Source: Raillietiella orientalis (Eukaryota). Taken from it: 64,000 bases of DNA. The DNA lies in NCBI GenBank assembly GCA_036172245.1, contig JAYWIR010000086.1:62001-126000 (forward strand), read 5' to 3'. The notes beneath the pieces are model-generated. The model had not been told where the DNA came from and made no database searches. It was given only the letters and a program-made list of their open reading frames with translations. The position numbers and the translations under genes are program-made. Position 1 is the first letter of the stretch; the number at the start of each line of letters is the position of its first letter. This document shows, piece by piece, positions 1 to 13,249 of the stretch.

Positions 1-1600
1 CATCTGAGGGAGCACTTCCAGTCCCATACAGAACACACAACAATCCTTACTCAGATGCCCTTATGCTCGTTGTCCAGCCGCTGGGCTTTGGAGGCGTTCG
101 GTGGCACTTCGAGCAGCCCCGACGTGACCTGGCACCGAACGTAGGCTCGTGCGGGATCTCCGTTCGAACGTTCCATCTGCGACCGTCTCGGGTCTTCCAG
201 GAGCCTCTCTCATGCAGTCCGAATCCGGCCGGATGACCCGATTGGGCAACCCACGCATCGCAGCGCGACGTGTTCGAAGTGTTTATTCAAGTGGATCACC
301 AACCGTCTCGTTGCGGACCCTGGGTGAGGATTTGCCATCCATCACTGTTACGCATCCATGAGTTTCTTTGGAAACGAGCTTTCATCCTTCCGTGAAGGAA
401 GATTCCGATGGATCCTGCGGCTGTCCGATCCGTCTTCACCGGCGGGAGATTAAAGAGCACGTGGACGTACGACATACTCGGCAGCGAGAAAGGAAGCGTC
501 CACCCTGGACGGTTCACGATTAACGAAGAACCGCAGTGGTCAAAGGCTGGAGAAGGCTTGTTCCACCCCTAGCTGGGCATCCTTCTTCGGACTTCTCCGG
601 GACGGTTCCTGGCCAAGGATCTCTCTGAGAACGAAGATGTCCCGATTTTTAATCGAGCAGCGAGGAAGTCCCTGCCGCTGTGTGTCTTCGATGAGCCTCG
701 GTTTGCAGCCGGTGCCTCCACAGCATCACGGAGGAACGAGTCCTTTCCGTTGTCTGCTCATTGTCGCCCTCGTCTCGCTGCGGGGTGGTCCTCGTGGACT
801 CGTTCGGAGTGGCCGTCGTTCCGCTTGGGGGGTCCGCAATCGCCCTTTCCCTCACCTCAGGTGCCGGTATCCCTCCTCGATCGACGTTCCGTTCTTCCCC
901 CTGGGACCGCTACTTTCCTCCCGATGTCCTGCCTTTGACCTTTTGCCGCCGGAGGGTCTGTCTCGAGCGGGAGGAAACGCGCGCAGGGACGCCGCATCCG
1001 TTTCCCCTAGGGGCCAGCATCCTACTCTTCAGGAAAGCACAAGGACCTCTGCCATGGAGACGGTGGGATTGCTTTCGAGCCTGCTCCCCGACTGCCTCAA
1101 CCGGACGGGCGCCTCCTGGACTTGGCCAAGATGTCTCCACTCGCCTTGAGGAGCGTCAGCGCCCCGCCGCGGGTACAGCCGGGACGCTTTCTGCGTTTCA
1201 CGGGAAGCTGGGTACGCTGTCCGCTCTCCGTCAGGACATGACCAGGGATGTCGGGAAGGATGTAGAGAAGCCACCGATCGGTGGGGTCTTCGCATCCCTC
1301 CCGTGTCTGTAAGTGAAGAGGAACTCGAACCACAGGAGCAGAGGCTGCTTACCCGGTGTCGTGAGGGATTCTCCCCTGCAAAGTGCATCCGGGAAGGCAC
1401 AGGCTGTATACCAAGCGTTCAGAGCCATCTTTCCGAGAGCTGGGTCGCCGTTGTGCCTCTCCCATGGAGACGAATCGCCCTGCGGTTCCCATCTGGTCTG
1501 TTTCTTTTGGCTCTGCGCCTGCGGAGGGTTAGGAGAATCGTACGATCATCATCCAAGAGGCTCCGGGCTTGCCTTTGGCTCTTGCTGTAGTGGATGGTCC
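1..1600 (-). mobile_element. Decayed L1/Tx1-like LINE fragment (ORF1 zinc-knuckle region and start of ORF2 endonuclease)
   Basis: Minus-strand translation gives LPDIPGHVLTESGQRTQLPVKRRKRPGCTRGG (degenerate ORF1 IPG..L..CxxC), then RLKIGT and AGSIGIFLHG, resembling APE N-terminal motifs. Broken by stops and frameshifts; boundaries approximate. Confidence 0.4.
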
Positions 1601-4600
1601 TCGAGTGGCCAGCAGCCGGGGGATCGATCTGTCAAGGTGGTGACCTTAGGAGGAACTCAACGGCCCGTCTGGCTGCGGTCCCCGCGAGTGGAACCAGGCA
1701 TGGCAGAAGGATCCGGCGAAGGGTGGACGCCGAGAAGTAAGGGGTGGGTTGGTGCGTCGTGGGTTTCGAGTGTCCCTTCTCCGCAAGGTGGCGCTGGCTG
1801 GTCCCTCGGTTGTCTTCGGCTGCGGCCATTGGCGGAAGCGGCCGGAAACCGGATGTCCATGTGGAATGGCCGGGATCGAAATCTGTCCCTCTGGGTCCCT
1901 TTTGGGAACGACGGAGCCCTTCGGGGTTCCCCCTTTGGTTGTGAAAGTGGATCTGTTTCAGAGGGTGACCCTCCCTCGCTCCACCATGGAGCTGGTTGAT
2001 GCATCTCCTCGGAGAGAGGGTCACCTCTCCAGAGTGCGAGAAGCGCGCTGCTCCCTCCGTGGTTCTCTTCAGAGGAGGGAGAAATCAGGAGCGGTTCCCT
2101 GTCGGGGGTTCCCTCCTGAGAAAGGCGAAGCGGTCCGAACAAACCGGGGGACCCTTCCGGGAGGAGAGCGAGGTGGGGGAGATTTCCCTTCGGGAGTCGC
2201 TCCCCAGGGGTGAGAGGAGCGGACTCCTGCCCTTCCCGGATCCACAGGGCAGTCCCTGCGGGGTTGCCCCCCAACTGGAAGACTTGCCACACACGCCCTC
2301 GGGTGGCGTGGACAGCGCTGAAGAGCCGCGTGAGCCTCCCGCAAGGTAGCCAACGGTTGCTTTGCGGACCCAAAGAGAAAAAAAAAGAAAGCTGGAAGGA
2401 AAGCAGGGAAAGCAGAGGGGCTGTGTGGTCAGTGGTACCAATTTTAGCTGTGGATGGAAGTGTCGGTAAACATAATCTTGGATTTCGTCCGGGGAGAAAG
2501 TGTGGCTGGAGGTGGTTAGTCCTGCACGGAGTAGATTCCCTCATCGCGACGGACGGTTGGCATGGCGACTCCCTGCTTCTTCCGAAAGTCCCTCCGAGGC
2601 GACCACAACGGTCAGCCACCGCCGCGCGTGTTCATCCCGGGGCGGCACCACCTGCGCTCTCGTCGCAAAGCTGCCCAAGCGCCCCCCCTACCCCCCACCG
2701 GGCACGTCGCGGGAAGGGAACGGGATTGAAGGCTCTTCGCGAAAGTGCGCATGGCCGCCGCGCGGAGCCGGGAGCCGGCACAGGTCTTGAGGAGCAGGCC
2801 GGGGGGAACAGGCTGGCGGGGGTGGGGGAAAAAAAGGTGGAAAGAGCAGCTGGGCCGGGACGCGTAATCATGCGCTATCCCAAGTTCACCGTTGTCCTCA
2901 GCGCCGCCCACTGGCCGACCCATTGATCGTTTTGACCTTGAAAAAGGCTGGGGAAATCGAAGTCGGCGTTGCAGCTTTTCTTTTTTTTTGCGCAAACGAT
3001 CCGATCGGTGTCGCAACCGTGACGTCACACCCGCCCGAGAGCTTTCCGAGTTCGTGCCAGCCAGCCGAGTTTCAAAACGCTGCACGGCCAGCTCTGGGTC
3101 CAGCCCGGACGGTTTTGACCCCTTGTGCCAGATTGACGCGAGGGTGGCGCGCGCGCGAAGCGGACCTGTTCGCCTCCTCCTCCCCCTTGCTCCCGCCGCC
3201 CGCCACGCAGCTAACGCAGTTCCCGCAATCCCCCTTCCCCGCTCTGACCAGACTCCGTCGGCCGTCTCGGGACGCCACTTTCGAAGAAGAGGAACAGCCC
3301 GATGATCGCGATGCAGCAGAAACATCCTCGGGGGGACGCGGCCCGCGGTTCCGGCAAGTGGCGCCCCGCCGCCGCTTCCGCTGCGGCGCCGCGCGGTTCC
3401 CGCCGGAGGCTGCAGAGAGTGCAGTCGGGAAGTCGAAGTTCCTCCTCCTCCCCCTCCCCCCTTCCAGCGTCTTCCTCAACCCCTCCTTCCCCTCGGAGGA
3501 GGCACCCGTCCCGGCGTCCCCTCCCCAGCGAAAGCCTCCCGGGGACTTGGGAGCGCTTGCCCGGTCGGCGCCGAGCCGCCGGTCGCCCGCCGAGGGGACA
3601 GAGTGCGTTCCTCGGTCGTGCGCTCTCCCCTTCTTCCCTGAGAGTAGGAAGGAACCGCCCCAGGCGCAACCGAGTGATCCGCCAGGGACCTCGCCGACCT
3701 CTGTGCCGAAGAAGGGGGGGAACGGGGGATCGGGAGAGGAGGAAGGGGAGGGGGGGAGGGAAAAATCTGCTGCGCTCCCTGCGAGTGTACTTCGGAGGTC
3801 ATCATGGCCGCCGACATACCCGCAGTATCGGGAATCTCCGCTTCCAGGCCATCCGCGGCGCAGGCGGGGAGTCGGGAGCCGACGACGCGTTTTACGTTTC
3901 TCCGGAAACGCAAAACACCCCCGGGAAACTCGCTCGCGCGGTCACTCGCAGTTTCGTTTCTATGGACCGTCCCGCCCGGAAACGTTGTCGGGGGGAGGAG
4001 GGAATAGCGTTGCCATGTGCGGCGGCGGCGGCCGTGCCAAGGCGCAGGGAGACCCTACTGGGCCGGCACCCCCGACTCCCGAAAGAACGCGTGGCGGGAC
4101 GGGGATGGGGAACGAGGGGGAGCCCTTCCCCCACGCTCGCAGTTCCCACCCTGCCTCAGGCATCCCACCTCTCCCGGGGACCGCTCCCGAGCCAGGGAAA
4201 CGAGGCGCCCACGGGCAAGAGACGCCGCCGGAAGGCACGCGAGGTGTGACGGATGTCCTGACGCCCCCCGAAGGACGAGCAGGAAGTCGCGCTCCCGTTC
4301 CCCGGGAGCCATCCGCTGTCTCGACAGGTCCGGGAAAGATCCGGATCCCGCCATCTTGAGTGCGCTCGCGGCGGTTGGCGGCGGCATCCAACGGATGCCC
4401 GGCGAGCTGCGGCACCCCGCAGGCGTGCGCGAAGCCGCTGCCGGTTCGCGCATGCCGCGTCCAGGCGCAGCTCCCGTGTTCGCTCCGCGAACTCTTCTAT
4501 CCACCCCCCGAGAGTCGAAGTCGGCGACGGGGGCAGCGTACGCGCCCGAGGCGTCCACGCAGGGAAGCATTCGAACCCGCGCGCCCGCGAGCGTCAGCGC

Positions 4601-4949
4601 CCGTTCTCCCCCCGCCGGCGCGCCTTCCGAACGTGCGCGGGCGCCGCCGCCACTTGCTCGCCGTCTCGGCGATGCTTCCCGGCTCTTGCCCCCGTTCTCC
4701 TCTCTCCTCCCTGGCTGCTGCCATTGACCCTGCGCGCAGGCACCGTCCGTCTTCCGGACCGCGGAGGGGAGCGGAGAGGGGACCCGCCATCTCTCGCGCT
4801 CGCGAGCGATGGCGGGGTCGGCCCAGGGGCAAAGGGACCGCCCCCGGTGCACGCCGGTTCGCATCCCGCGCGGCCGGCCATGCGCGAGGGGCCAAAGGGG
4901 GCGAGACATGATTCCCTCCCGAGAGCCCCTCCGCGCCAGCAGCCGCGAC

Positions 4950-5300
4950 CGCCGAGTCGAACACGTTTGTCGGCGCCCAGCGGCGTCCCCACGTTAAAGA
5001 CCGCCAGTGGGCATTTCGACACGCGTCCCACTCTTCCGGGTTTCCTAGAGACCGGAAGGGGACGCCCTCGAATTTGCTCTCTGGCCAGGATGGAGTGAGC
5101 TGCCGCAACTGCGACCAGAGAAAGGAAGGAGAACTCGCTCACCGCTCCAGGATCTCCACCGAACGCCGCGGCAACTGCCATGGCTACGTCCGCGTCGCCA
5201 TCCCACCCACTCCACTCCCACCCTCTCCCTTCGAAAGTGCGAGTCGCCATCCCCTGAACGACACCCTTACGCGCCACCACCCATCGTGTAGGAAAGGTGC
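4950..5300 (+). mobile_element. Decayed LINE ORF1 (gag-like zinc knuckle) fragment
   Basis: FDTRPTLPGFLETGRG, then after a frameshift GQDGVSCRNCDQRKEGELAHRSRISTERRGNCHGY, a decayed CxxCx4H knuckle pair typical of Tx1/L1 ORF1. Confidence 0.4.
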
Positions 5301-8300
5301 TTGTCTCCCGCCTGGCTCTTTCCCTTCCCCGGGTGCTTTACCATTCCCCGACCCTCCCTGCCAACCCGCTCCTTCCGGCTGAGCCCGTTTCCTTGAGCGC
5401 GCAGCCAAGAGGAAAAAAGGGGATGGCGGGATGTGCGTGCAGAGACCGGCACGTCGTCCGCGAGACGACGCGCTCGCGCGCTCGCCGTGTGTTGCGACGG
5501 CGCTGTGGGCGCCAGTGCTCAGCTCCTGCCAGGAGCCGCGCCGCTGAGCCACTTCCGGACTACAACAGGCTCCTCGGACGCTGCGTCGAAAACGGCAATC
5601 ATTCCCGGCACCCTTCCGCCCGTCTCCCCCCCACTACCGGCGACAGAAGGAAACTCCTTAAGGATTTCGTGTGCCAAGGCTTTTTTCTTGCCTTTCGCTA
5701 CTTGTTTAGGCGTGCCGAAGGGGGGAGAGGGGAACGCGGAGAAGCATCCAGGCCGCTGCGGGCCGGGAAAGGCTGCGATGACCGCTGCATCCCGGGGGAA
5801 TTTTCCCCCGATCCTTCAGCTCGGTCTCTCTTTCCGGGCATCCCGGAGGCACGCAGCGCGCGCGCGCTCCTCCACTGGTTCTTCACTGTCGCCAGGCTCA
5901 CGTCGGGTGGACTGCAGAAGGACGGCCCGTGCGTGCCGATCCACGGGGGCGCCGTCGACTCCTCGGGAGCGTCGGAACCGGCGTCGACGGCTCCCGGAGG
6001 CGCGCGCGCCGCGTTTCGCAAGCTCCCTCGCTCCTACGGGAAGCGACCACCAGCCTCCGCGCGAACTCTCGGATCGCAAGCGATCCGAGGAACGCTGGGG
6101 CCGAGAGACCCGTGGTGCCCTCGCTTTCTACCCTCACCCGCGAGCGTCTGTGGGGGGGGGGGGGACGGAGAATGGAGGCTGCGAGTGGCTGCAGGAGCAC
6201 TTGGGATCAACAGGTGTGGCGACGACCTCCCTCCCCTTGCGGACCTCGCAAAGCCACGGGGCCAGCGATCGGCGACGGAGCTCAGCAACGCTGCCACCGG
6301 GTTTGCCACGCGCAGGAGCGGCCGCTCTTTGCGGCTGGTCCCAAGGATGCGTGGTTCTTTCTTCTTCCTTTTCCTATTTTGCTCCCCTCACCCTCCTCCC
6401 TCCCCTTCTCTTCTTTTTCTTCCTGTCTCTCTGAAGAGGGCAGGAGACCCAGAAGTACGGAGTTTCCTCCGTCGGAACGAAAAGCAGCACCTTCAGCGGT
6501 CGCCTTGGATACCGACGGGAAAACGTCCAGGCGACCTTCCGCAAAGCTCCGGAGTCCCGTGGCGCCTGAAGGATCACGTTGCCTTCCCCCCCCCCTCCAT
6601 CCTTCCCATCAGCGCGTGCAGAAACGACGGCCCCACGGGACTCCACCCCCAGCGGAACCGAGGTCGAGGCGGGTTGCGCTCTTCGAGCAGTTTTCGGGCG
6701 GAGAGGCGCGCCCACCGTCCAAAGTTTCCGAGAGCCTCCCCCTGCCACTTCCAAGACCGATCCAAGGACTGCGTTCCTGCACGATTCCGGGATTTTCGTG
6801 CGAAAGCGTCACTCGCGTGTCTTAACCGGATGGCGCGTGTCGCCGTTCGGTTAAGACACGCGGTGCACACTCCGTGTCGCCGCGGAGTGTTCACCGGGAG
6901 GAGGAACGTGAGAAGGGCAAGTTCGCGGCGGCAAGGGGCAAGTGAACAGCTCCCTTCTCTTCCCTCCCACCCCTTTCTCTCTTCCTCTTCTCCGTAGGTC
7001 TGCACGAATCCTTTTCGGCAGTCGGAAAAGAACTCCCTTACCCGCGAGGGGGAAAAACACCGCGACTTGGAGGCAACCGGGAAAACCAAAACCGGTGAAC
7101 CCTACGGGGAAGGATAGGGGGGGGGGGGCAGGAGGGAACAGCAACTGGGTGCGCGCGCGCGCGCGTTACTCCCCCCATGAGAACCGTCAACGCGAAGTCA
7201 TTTTTCTGCAATCACGTGTGAGTTTTTACCAAAAGTCGTGGCGACGTCACGTGCAGGTCAAGACTAAAGAGATCATTCCGTGCGCGGGCTGATTTGAATA
7301 TTTGGCGAAAACGGAAAGAACGGAAAAACAGCAGCAGCAGCGACAGGCATCGCCCGCGCGATTTCTACCCCGACGACTACGGCGAGGCGGATCGCCCACT
7401 TGAAAAGTGGGTTGGTCGGTGTCGCTGCCTACCGCTAGGGGGCTGCCCGGTCTTTTGCACCGCAAGGCGGAAAAGTTGCTTCACATTTTTCCAGCCCAAA
7501 ATGTGTGTGCGTCTTTTCTTTTTTTCTTGCAATTCCCCACATTCCGTTCGATTAATCGATCCCGCGCTGTCTGCCCTGCAGCATGGGAGGAAAAGGCAGG
7601 CGTGCTCGGATCCCTGGGCAATCCGTATCAGCTCCCTGAGTGAAAGAAATTCCTAAATTAGCAGTGATTTCGTAATTAACACCGAGCAAGTGCGGCTGGT
7701 TAGCTTTTGGGCCGCCCGGAGAACGCGGCGCACGCCGCGGACGTCGGGCAGCGGCGCTCTTCGCCCACGCCCGCCGCCGCGAGAGGGAAATGAGCAGGGG
7801 TGTCAGCTCTCCGATTTTGCCAGAAAGCCGAAAGTTCCTGTTCTTTCATAATGTGAAAGTCAATACCATATTAATCAGCGAATGGTTTTAATTTGACATT
7901 CCCGGTCAGAAATCACTCAATAAGGATCGATGATAAATCACCCAAGGTGATTCAGCATGAACGGGGGCTGAGTGGGTGGGCGGGAATTGTTCGTTTACGA
8001 AGACACACGGCAGCAAATCCTTTTCCCTTTTTTTTGGGGGGGGGGGGAGGGGAGGGGGGGATTCCTTTTCCCTTTCAGTGGGCTCTGCGTACTCACCATC
8101 TCGGCGGTTTTTTCTTTCTTTCTTTTTTTGTGTATGTATATGTGTTGTTGTTGTTTTCCTCCCGGAAACAAGAACTGCAATGCCGGGGGAGGGGGGAATA
8201 AAAATAAAAAATGGGATTTTGCCGTCGTGGCTCACCTATCCATTGTTAGCCTTCTCATCGTCTAAGGGTGAAGCTCTTCCTCTAAGCTGCTGTTAGCAAC

Positions 8301-8777
8301 GCTGCTTTCCAAGCGACGAGTTGCCAGGTTCGCATCCTGAATTTGTGAAGTTGTTGTTTCTCCCGTTTTTTTTTCCTTTTCTCTCCTTTGGTTTTTGCTT
8401 TCGCTTTGTCCTTCTTCTCCCCGTGCCCTTTTCCGGGCTCCCTATCGTAAAGAGCTCGATTTCCGGGCGACCCCAGTGGCATGCGCTTCTGGAACCGTTT
8501 CCGTTTGAAACAAGATGCCGAGAACAACCGAAGAAAACCTTCCTGGTCTGCTGCGTCCGTGCCCGTGTATCCTCCCTTGTTTCCCTGCCAATTATTTTCC
8601 AAACACTTTGTCGGAGGAGGCGATTCCAACCTTGCAAAAGCGGCTGCGGACTTCTAGGTGTGGTTTAACCTTATTTTCACTCTTGTTCTCTGATTTGCTC
8701 ATAAATGTCTGTAAGAGAAACACGGTGATCCATTATTATCAGCTGTGATGAAACACAATCACGTCTTTCTGAATCCC

Positions 8778-8816
8778 TATAAAAAGGTCGTATACACGCA
8801 CTGGAGCCAACAGTTG
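8778..8816 (+). promoter_or_regulatory. TATA box and initiator-like element of the cuticular protein gene
   Basis: TATAAAAA at 8778-8785; ACAGTT (arthropod Inr-like) ~32 nt downstream at 8810-8815; ATG at 8962. Confidence 0.75.
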
Positions 8817-8961
8817 CGAGCAGAGGTGGCTAGACAGTGGGCACATCGGAGCAAGCAAGAGCAAGAGAACGTCGTCGGTTCCCGGAAGAAGAAGAAAAAA
8901 AACAAAAACCGAATAGCAATAACAGCGACATTTTTTTTTCTTCTAAAAAAAACAAACAAAC

Positions 8962-9803
8962 ATGAAACTGCAGGTAGAGGAAAAAGAAGAAAAAAGATTG
9001 GTGTTCCTGCCTCGCAATGACGTGACGTGTCGAAAAGCCTGAGATGCCGGGAAGGATTGTTTTTTCGCTTTTCGATCTGTTATGATCTGGACGTAGGCCG
9101 GAACACCGTCTTTTTTTTGTTGTTGTTATTGGTGGTGGGGGTGGTGGCGGTGGTCGTCGTCGTTGTCGTCCCCTGGTTGTGGGAGGGAAGAGCAGGGAAG
9201 GGAACTCATCCCCTTGTTTTCTCAGGTACTCCTTTCGGTGCTGACATTAGCAGCTGCCTTCCCTCAAGACTACCCGTCCTACAGCTACAAGCCCAAGTAC
9301 AAGGACCCATCGTACCAAGACGAGTACTACTCCGTAAGCCATTCGTCCTCTCTCTTTTCCCGTTCCCGCTCCCCCCATCTCCCATCCCGGAGAGCGACAG
9401 GCGTCGACGAAAATGCCTTTTTCCTCCCCAGGACGAGCCCAAGTACGCCTTCGAGTACGAAGTGAAGGACGACTACTATGCCACCGACTTCCGCCATCAG
9501 GAAAGCCGCGATGGGGACTACACCAACGGTCAATACCAGGTGCTCCTGCCCAACGGGCAGCTGCAGACCGTGACCTACACCGCCGACGAATATGGCTACC
9601 AGGCTGACGTGCAGTACGTCGGAGAGCCCAAGTATGACTACAAGTACCCCTCGTCCAAGTACGACGGCTACCCCAAATACCTCCGGAACGAGTACGAGCC
9701 CTCCTACCCGAAGCCAGTCAGGTCTCCCTACGAACCATCTGCTTACCCGCCCGAATACGACGCCAAGCCCAAGTCCTACAAGCCGGCCTACAAGAAGTAC
9801 TGA
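8962..9803 (+). CDS. Cuticular protein with Rebers-Riddiford chitin-binding domain (RR-2 / pro-resilin-like), 163 aa, 3 exons
   Basis: Exons 8962-8973 (MKLQ), 9226-9333, 9432-9803 joined by GT-AG phase-0 introns. Signal peptide MKLQVLLSVLTLAAA; R&R consensus YAFEYEVKD..DFRHQESRDGDYTNGQYQVLLPNGQLQTVTYTADEYGYQADVQY; Tyr/Pro/Lys-rich tail; strong GC3 bias. Confidence 0.95.
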
Positions 9804-9944
9804 GCCTCAGGCGTTTTCCTCCTCCCCCTCCGCCCCGGCGCAGCCATCGCCTCCGCTCGACGCGGGCGAACGGAAGCCGCCCGGAGACGGGTTCTAGAAT
9901 GGAATGTCCGCCCGCGGGAGTGAAAAGCAAAAAACGCCCCTGGC

Positions 9945-9950
9945 AATAAA
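9945..9950 (+). terminator. Polyadenylation signal of the cuticular protein gene
   Basis: AATAAA ~140 nt after the TGA. Confidence 0.65.
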
Positions 9951-12589
9951 AGCGGAAAAGGCAAAACTGGAAAACCAAAAAAAAAAAGGAGCGAACTCGG
10001 TGGTCCGGGAGGGGAGGAGGAGGGAGGGAGGACTCGCCGCCACTCGGTCCTGAAGGAGGGTTTGAGAAGAGGAAGAATGTCTTCTCTCAGGCGGGGAAAG
10101 GGAAGAGGGGGCGACACCGCTGCCCTCGGGCACGACCTCGGTCCGCCACGAGCAGTCGGCATGGTCGCCGTCTCGGAAGCGAAAAACCGCGCGTGGACGT
10201 CCATACGACCTCCTTGGAGCCGGCCACTCCCGGATCCCACCGTCTGGAGTTCGCCACGCCTTGCTGGAAAGAACAAATGGTGAAGGGGGAGGTGCGAATG
10301 GAGGCTCTCCCTTCTCGACGACGGCCGCGTGGCCGGGAGAAGCGGGACTGCGAGGCGGAAGGCATCCCCTCACGCACGCACTCACACAGTCTACGCGGCC
10401 AGCCCAGAGTTTCCCCCTCCTACCCATCACTCCCTCCGCTCCCTTCCCTGCTAGGGTGGCATCCCTCTTCTTTCGTTGAGCTCCCGGGATGGGAGGAAAA
10501 AGTGAGAGGTCACTCGTCAGCCGGTGCGCCGCCTACGCTGCTCCATCCCCAGCCGCTGCTCCCCACGGCAGGAGCGGCCGGCGCTCCCGAGATGTCTGCC
10601 GAGAATGTGGCTTGACGGCCGCGTCCGTTCCGAGGAAGGGGGAACAGCGGGAAGGACTCCGCAGATTTTCCGGGAATCGAACAGGGACGTCGAGACCAGA
10701 CGAAGGAGAGAAGGAAGGAAGAGGAGGCTGCACCGTTTACTTCCGGCAGAAGCAGAAGGGAAGACCCCCAGCATTTTCTATCTTCGGAGCTGCATTCGAA
10801 TCCCCTGGAAAAGGAGTGCACGGTGATGCATGGCTTGCCCTTGATGGGATGGGAAGGCGGGAGGGAGGAAGAGAAGAGAAGGGAAGGAGAAGGAAAAGAG
10901 GAAGAGGAAGAAGAGAAGACAGGAGGAGGTGGACATCTCTTGACCGTGTGTTCTGGCACATGAACCTTAGAGTCCAGCGGGGAAGTCGTCCTCAGACTTT
11001 CCCCTAGGGAGTTTCAGGGAAAAACCAAGGGTCACTGCCACTGCTTCGTTTCCCTTCCTCCCTCTTCCGCCTCATCGCCCCTGTTTCCTTCTACTGCCTC
11101 TCCTCCTCTCCTTCCCCCACTTCCTTCCCTTCCTTGACCCCGAGAGCTGCAGGTCTGCCTGCTAGCGGCGCTCTTTGGATGTGGGCGACTCCATCTTCGA
11201 GAGACTGGCAAAGACCCGAGCTGGAAGAACTTTCTCCTTTCCTCGTCCCCTCCATCGCTTCCCCGAGGCCGCGGACTGGACTCCTTTTCCCCTCTTTCGA
11301 ACTCATGAGGTCTCCAGGTCGGCAGCAGCTGCGGATCCCTCCAGGACAGCCGACGGTGGCGGATCGAGCAATGGGAACTTCTCCCTCCCGTCATCAGCCA
11401 CGAACAGGGATCCTGGAACCGAGACGTAGCTCTGGAGGAGGAAAACCTGAAGATGCCGCTTTCCTTGGATCGAGGTGCACGGTGAGGTCATGACTGTGGG
11501 TCATCACAAAGTGTAGTCCGTGAGCCTGGCGTTCGGACCCTCTCAAGACGCCTCTGCCCTTTCCAGTGTCTTCCGGATCACGTGGAGGCTTTCCTGTCGT
11601 TCGGCTCGTAAGTCCTTGAAGTTGCTGCCCAAGGGCAAGTAGGTCCTCTAGAGGGAGCAGGGAAGCGGGGAGGGAAATTCCAGACGAGTTGTCGGGGACG
11701 GACGACGAGCAGCCAAACGTCCCGCCGCGGGGAATCGGCCGTCCTCGTGACCGCTGGAAAGAAGGGAGACAAGCAGCAGGAAGGGCGCAACGGTGTCATC
11801 CAGGGAAGATGTCGAACCAAGCAGAGGTTCCCTCCCGCCTCCGCCCTTGCTGGATATCACACGACCCAGGTCGCCGCTTCTGCGCCGCCGACTTTCCTTC
11901 CGTCCGAGGTCAGACCGTCCGCTTCATGGCAGCCGGCCGCATTCGCGGACTCCACTGCGGACGGGGAGGACCGCGCCCTCCTTCCCACGTCTTCCAGGAT
12001 CCTCCCGAACAACCGTAAGCCTTTTCCTGCGAGCCCTCCATCCCTTCCTTTTCTGTGCCACTTCATGGGTTCCGCCTGGTGGCGCGCGTGGCCCCGGGCT
12101 GCCGACGTAGCCTCAGGCGGCAGGTGCCCTGCAACGTGCGCACACAGCGCGCTGCGGCAGACAGCACCGGGAAGAGGGGAGGATGCGCTGGGTCCCGTGT
12201 TCTTTCCTTCCCCATGTTTCCCAGTTCCGCCAGGCTCCTGTTTCCCCGGCGACGACGTTCTTCCCCTGGACATCTTCGTCCTCCGGAATGGGAGGAACGC
12301 AGGCGGTGGCCGCCGCCGCCACCGCTACGCAGAGCGCGGAGGTGCGTCCCGGACCCTTCTGAAGGGAGAGCGGCGGGCTCGTTCCGGCGTTCCCGAGGGA
12401 AGGAGGGCAGCAGGCGGCATGGCGGTCCCCGTCGGGCTTGGAAGTCCGCGCAGCGGAGGCTCCATCCTCCCGAAGATGCCGTATCTGCCGATGCCGTGAT
12501 CCTCCCTGGAATCACGGCGCAAGAGGAGTTGGGCCGACTTCCTCAGTGCGAAAACATCAGGCCGGCGTCTTCAACAAACGGTACGTTTG

Positions 12590-13210
12590 ACAATCACAGT
12601 GACGGCGGCAAACAAAAGGTAACGTAGCAATGACAGCCGTAACTGGTGGGGACGGTGGTGACCGCTAACCTTTGGCAACGAGCGATAACGCAGCGATGGC
12701 GATTTATTTTTTTTTTTAACTGGCGAGAACGTCAATAACTACCGTTGCTGAGAGCGACCTCAACGGTGCCAAAAAAAAAAAAAATGTGCTTAGGGACCAC
12801 GGTAACCACGATAGCCATTGGGCACGGCTGAAAAGGTAGTAATTAACGTAACAGTGATGACGTTAACTGTTGGAAAGAGAACGTGCTTGAATATTCGATC
12901 GAATTGACAGTATCGGTAGTGCTGTAAGCATCAGGACCAAAAGTAGTAGTATGGTAGGGATAGAAACGAACAGAAACATCGATAGCAGCAGCTATAAACA
13001 AAGTTTACTTTAGTGACAGTGGAAAGAATCAATGATGCTACCAACGGCCACACTGATGGCAAATAACAGTAAGCAATAAAAATCATTGCTTCCCCTTATA
13101 GCAGGATTGCCTGTAGTGATAAAAAAAAAAAAAGCGATAACTTTTTTGTGATATAACGATGGATGGCAACAATAGGAATGACTCATTAATGATGACAATT
13201 CATAATAACA
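12590..13210. repeat. Cryptic, degenerate triplet-periodic low-complexity tract (GAT/AAT/AAC/AGT/GGT-like)
   Basis: Recurrent gtaac, gataac, gtgatgac, agtagtagt, aatgatg, cataataac words; no convincing ORF. Confidence 0.4.
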
Positions 13211-13249
13211 CATAGATGGAGATGTTTCTTGCTCCTGGGTTCGCCACAC

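Noticed and set aside
1600..7000. Long ORFs up to 566 aa (e.g. 2923-4359, 5297-6997) in the left GC-rich block
   Set aside because: Overlap in all six frames, R/P/G/A/S-rich, cross homopolymer tracts, no recognisable domain; expected from stop-codon scarcity at high GC.
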